A DNA stretch of 32,000 bases. Origin: Methanocaldococcus jannaschii DSM 2661. Lineage in GTDB: Archaea; AGJL01; Methanococci; Methanococcales; Methanocaldococcaceae. Positions 29,642 to 32,000 of the stretch are shown here, in pieces. The stretch is taken from the NCBI RefSeq assembly GCF_000091665.1, contig NC_000909.1:293538-325537 (forward strand), read 5' to 3'. Position 1 is the stretch's first letter. Each line of letters begins with the position of its first letter. The notes under the pieces were generated by a model. That model saw only the letters and a program-made list of their open reading frames with translations, searched no databases and was not told the origin of the DNA. The position numbers and the translations under genes were made by a program.

Positions 29642-30361
29642 TTAATAAGTGATAATCACATACGACTTTCTCTTTTTAGCTTCAGCTATTACCATCTGCA
29701 AATACTTTGGCTCAATAATGTGCTTTAGTGCGTTCCTTATCGCCTTTGAAGCTAAGACAGTATATTTAAACTCCTCTCCCATTCTACCAGGACTTACCCT
29801 TTCAGCAGTACCTACCATAACGATGTTTCTCTTCAAATCCCTGACCCTACACGTTGCTATAATTTTTCCATTAACCTCTTGGAAAGTTGGGGGCTCTACC
29901 TCAATATTTCCCTGCATCCTCATTGCTTTAACAATTCCTGCCCATGAGAGAATTATCTTCTCCTTTCCTGTTTTTTTATCAGGATAAGTATATGCCAAAG
30001 GTAGATGCTCATTAGCTTCATCCAGTAACATTAAATCCTCATCCAACGAATCCATCTTTTCAATAACATCATCCAACGAATCAACCTTTTCAGCAGTTTT
30101 CTCTAAGACCACCATTGCATTGTTTGATGCCTTAACCTCAATACTATTCCCATTCTTATTCATCCTCTCCTCCTCCCTAAGCTTTTTAAATTCATCCTTA
30201 AGCTCCAAGGTTTCTAACCATTTGACAAATGCCGCACTTTCATCAATCCAATTATTATGCTCCTTTCTGATTTCTTCAACTTGCTTTTTAATCTCCTCAA
30301 CTTCAATCTCTACACCATACACATTCTTATGAGCCTTTGCAGCTAACTCATACTTGCACAT
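29642..30361 (-). CDS. Candidate single-strand annealing (RecT/Erf/Sak-like) recombination protein
   Basis: IILSWAGIVKAMRMQGNIEVEPPTFQEVNGKIIATCRVRDLKRNIVMVGTAE...EEFKYTVLASKAIRNALKHIIEPKYLQMVI. A second strong RBS plus ATG at 30163 could give a shorter form. Confidence 0.4.
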   Translation of the reverse strand: MCKYELAAKAHKNVYGVEIEVEEIKKQVEEIRKEHNNWIDESAAFVKWLETLELKDEFKKLREEERMNKNGNSIEVKASNNAMVVLEKTAEKVDSLDDVIEKMDSLDEDLMLLDEANEHLPLAYTYPDKKTGKEKIILSWAGIVKAMRMQGNIEVEPPTFQEVNGKIIATCRVRDLKRNIVMVGTAERVSPGRMGEEFKYTVLASKAIRNALKHIIEPKYLQMVIAEAKKRKSYVIITY

Positions 30362-30602
30362 TCAAATCCCTCCGATTAACTTTCAACATGCCAAAATCCT
30401 TTTTCTCTCCCTCCAAAATCTGCCTCCTCAACCTTTTAAACAACTTTTTCCCAACCTTCACAACCCTAATCTTATCACTCAAACACTCAATATTCTCCCT
30501 CCTCCTCTCAAACTCATCAACATCCTTAGCCACACCAAAAGAAACAGGCTTTCCACCTAAATAAACGATAAAATAGATTTTATTTGATGAATATCGCATC
30601 AT
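30348..30602 (-). CDS. Small hypothetical protein
   Basis: 84 codons; overlaps the next gene start, operon-like. Confidence 0.4.
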   Translation of the reverse strand: MMRYSSNKIYFIVYLGGKPVSFGVAKDVDEFERRRENIECLSDKIRVVKVGKKLFKRLRRQILEGEKKDFGMLKVNRRDLNVQV

Positions 30603-30756
30603 AGCCCTCCCTCCTAATCTCAGAACATAACCTAACCCTCAGTTTCCTAATCAAATCCTCAGCTTCCTCCAACTTCAAAATCGCTCCAACAGTGTCTCCA
30701 TTATTATAATCACTCCATGCTCTTTCCAATAATTCTATAGCTTTATTTATTTGCAT
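30580..30756 (-). CDS. Small hypothetical protein missed by the ORF cut-off
   Basis: Reading the minus strand: MQINKAIELLERAWSDYNNGDTVGAILKLEEAEDLIRKLRVRLCSEIRREGYDAIFIK*, preceded by GTAGGTGAGAAT and overlapping the next gene in operon fashion. Confidence 0.55.
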   Translation of the reverse strand: MQINKAIELLERAWSDYNNGDTVGAILKLEEAEDLIRKLRVRLCSEIRREGYDAIFIK

Positions 30757-30830
30757 ATTCTCACCTACAATTATTTGCTCCTAAATACCAAAAATATTTA
30801 AATAGAAAACTCGAAAAAGAAAAAATGCCT

Positions 30831-31160
30831 CTATGCAACAACTACTTGAAAAACATCTGTAGGAATCTCTTTAACTCTACCATTAACTATCTTAGATTTT
30901 GAATAAATCTCTTCCAAAAACTCTCTAACTTTCTTAGCATCCGTTTCTAAAATGCACTTAAAAGAATAATTCTCAAAACATGAGTATTTAATTTCCTTAT
31001 CGCTTAAAAACTCAAACCCCATAATCCACATTCTGCCATCGAACCTTAATAAGAACTCATTAGGATTGACACTACTAATTTTAATCTGCCTGTAACCCTT
31101 CTTAATCGCAAGTTTTATCATCTCTTTAACTTCATCTGGTGTCTTCTTAAACCTCAACAC
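30831..31160 (-). CDS. Hypothetical provirus early-region protein
   Basis: 109 codons, coupled to the upstream gene. Confidence 0.5.
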
Positions 31161-31417
31161 GCTTCCACCCTCAAGTTGGTTTTGGCTTTATCTCCGCTTT
31201 CAAAGCCAGCTCTCAAATCAATAATCTTATTAGGAAAATCAGTAATCATCTTAGTAATCCAATCCGCAGCTTCTTCAGCATCTCCTTTAGCCTTTATTTT
31301 AACCTCTCCACCACTGTATCTGATGATAACAAAACTCCCAACATTTGAGATTTCTTTAATCTCCTCAACATTGATTCTCTTAGTTTCACTACCTTTTTTG
31401 ACGACTAAGAACTTCAT
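31154..31417 (-). CDS. Hypothetical small protein, first gene of the leftward early operon
   Basis: [45 protein letters not shown]; the ATG at 31417 has an upstream GGAGGGTTGATT RBS, so it is preferred over 31447. Confidence 0.55.
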
Positions 31418-31491
31418 AATCAACCCTCCAAACTCTTTTAAAGCCAATAAATAGTGGGCTTCATCTCGCCCCGTCTAAAAAAATTATATTT

Positions 31492-31628
31492 GGTGGGGGA
31501 GGGGTTAATGGTGGGGGCCGTGTTTCAGGGCTTACATCACACCCAAGGGGTCCCAGCCGTTAAAGCTGGTTATCCTTGGGTGGTCATTTACCCACTTATT
31601 GGTGATATATCACTTCTTGGTGAGTAAG
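31492..31628. promoter_or_regulatory. Structured, GC-rich control region (possible ncRNA, operator/iteron cluster)
   Basis: G-tracts at 31492-31518, two-part hairpin at 31541-31583, 40-bp near-palindrome at 31589-31628, between divergent genes. Confidence 0.5.
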
Positions 31629-31760
31629 TATAATTAAACTAATATAAAAACCTTTCTCTCTAAAAAAGTTAATGGTGGATATTAAAAAAGTTAATAACAG
31701 CAAATAATAAAAACCGTAAAAATACATACTTCTCATAAAACGGTAATATATGGTGTTTAA

Positions 31761-31988
31761 ATGAAAGAAAAACAGAAGATATTTTTTGATGCGATTTTTG
31801 ATATTTTTAAAATAATATTTGGGTATGAGGTTGTATTTGCTGGAGCAACAATTTTGCAGACATCTTCAGGAGCTATCCCTATAAAAACAGGCTCTATTTT
31901 ATTAGTTGGAGATATTGTATTTATTATACTAACACTCCTAACTTTTGGAACTGTGCTTTATGATGCCTACCTAAAAATTGAAGATTAA
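31761..31988 (+). CDS. Small membrane protein
   Basis: 75 codons with hydrophobic stretches YEVVFAGATILQ and GSILLVGDIVFIILTLLTFGTVLY. Confidence 0.5.
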   Translation: MKEKQKIFFDAIFDIFKIIFGYEVVFAGATILQTSSGAIPIKTGSILLVGDIVFIILTLLTFGTVLYDAYLKIED

Positions 31989-32000
31989 TCAGAGCCAAAT

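Larger units (their letters stand above)
10545..32000. mobile_element. Head-tailed archaeal provirus (siphovirus-like), left end adjacent to tRNA-Ser; right end not in the window
   Basis: Contiguous terminase, portal-MuF, HK97-gp10-like, protease/scaffold, HK97-fold capsid, connector, tail tube, tail chaperone, tape measure, hub and fibre genes immediately after the tRNA. Confidence 0.9.

Noticed and set aside
31520-31545. Minus-strand GTGATGTAAGCCCTGAAA considered as C/D box guide RNA boxes
   Set aside because: The C-like box is imperfect and there is no clear second C'/D pair at the right distance.
31490-31630. GC-rich region considered as a tRNA or tRNA-like element
   Set aside because: No acceptor/T-arm arrangement or GTTCRANNC motif present.
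10545-32000. Search for CRISPR arrays, toxin-antitoxin or restriction-modification cargo in the provirus
   Set aside because: No repeated 24-37 bp units with spacers and no recognisable methylase, nuclease or toxin family motifs seen; the small ORFs remain hypothetical.

Overview
The window looks like a Methanocaldococcus-type hyperthermophilic methanogen chromosome (AT-rich, TTG/GTG starts, strong GGTGA/GGAGG ribosome binding sites). Gene content and order for bases 1-10.4 kb match what I remember of M. jannaschii around pdaD-ftr-engB-rps10-tuf. Bases 1-10.4 kb are host chromosome: a decaying LAGLIDADG endonuclease ORF, speD, pyruvoyl arginine decarboxylase, ftr, a DUF211-like protein, an EngB-like GTPase, rps10, EF-1alpha, a degenerate EF-Tu-like paralogue, an AzgA-like purine permease and a small NifX/NifB-fold-like protein. 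A complete tRNA-Ser(UGA) with encoded CCA lies at 10455-10544. From there to at least the end of the window is a head-tailed (siphovirus-like) archaeal provirus. It has a leftward packaging/portal operon behind an HTH regulator, then a rightward capsid, tail and fibre operon, then a leftward cluster of small early-type genes including a possible single-strand annealing protein. The most interesting observations are: (1) an unannotated frame-shifted extension of the tail assembly chaperone (20193-20381), which predicts programmed +1 (or -2) frameshifting in an archaeal virus; (2) a GC-rich, G-tract-rich, strongly structured non-coding control region (about 31490-31630) with a two-part hairpin and 18-bp tandem repeats forming a 40-bp near-palindrome; (3) a fibre ORF whose C-terminus resembles bacterial phage tail-fibre tip domains; (4) a hub gene that may be split or enlarged; (5) the unusual split and inverted packaging module. 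No integrase or right attachment site is visible, so the provirus probably continues beyond the window.
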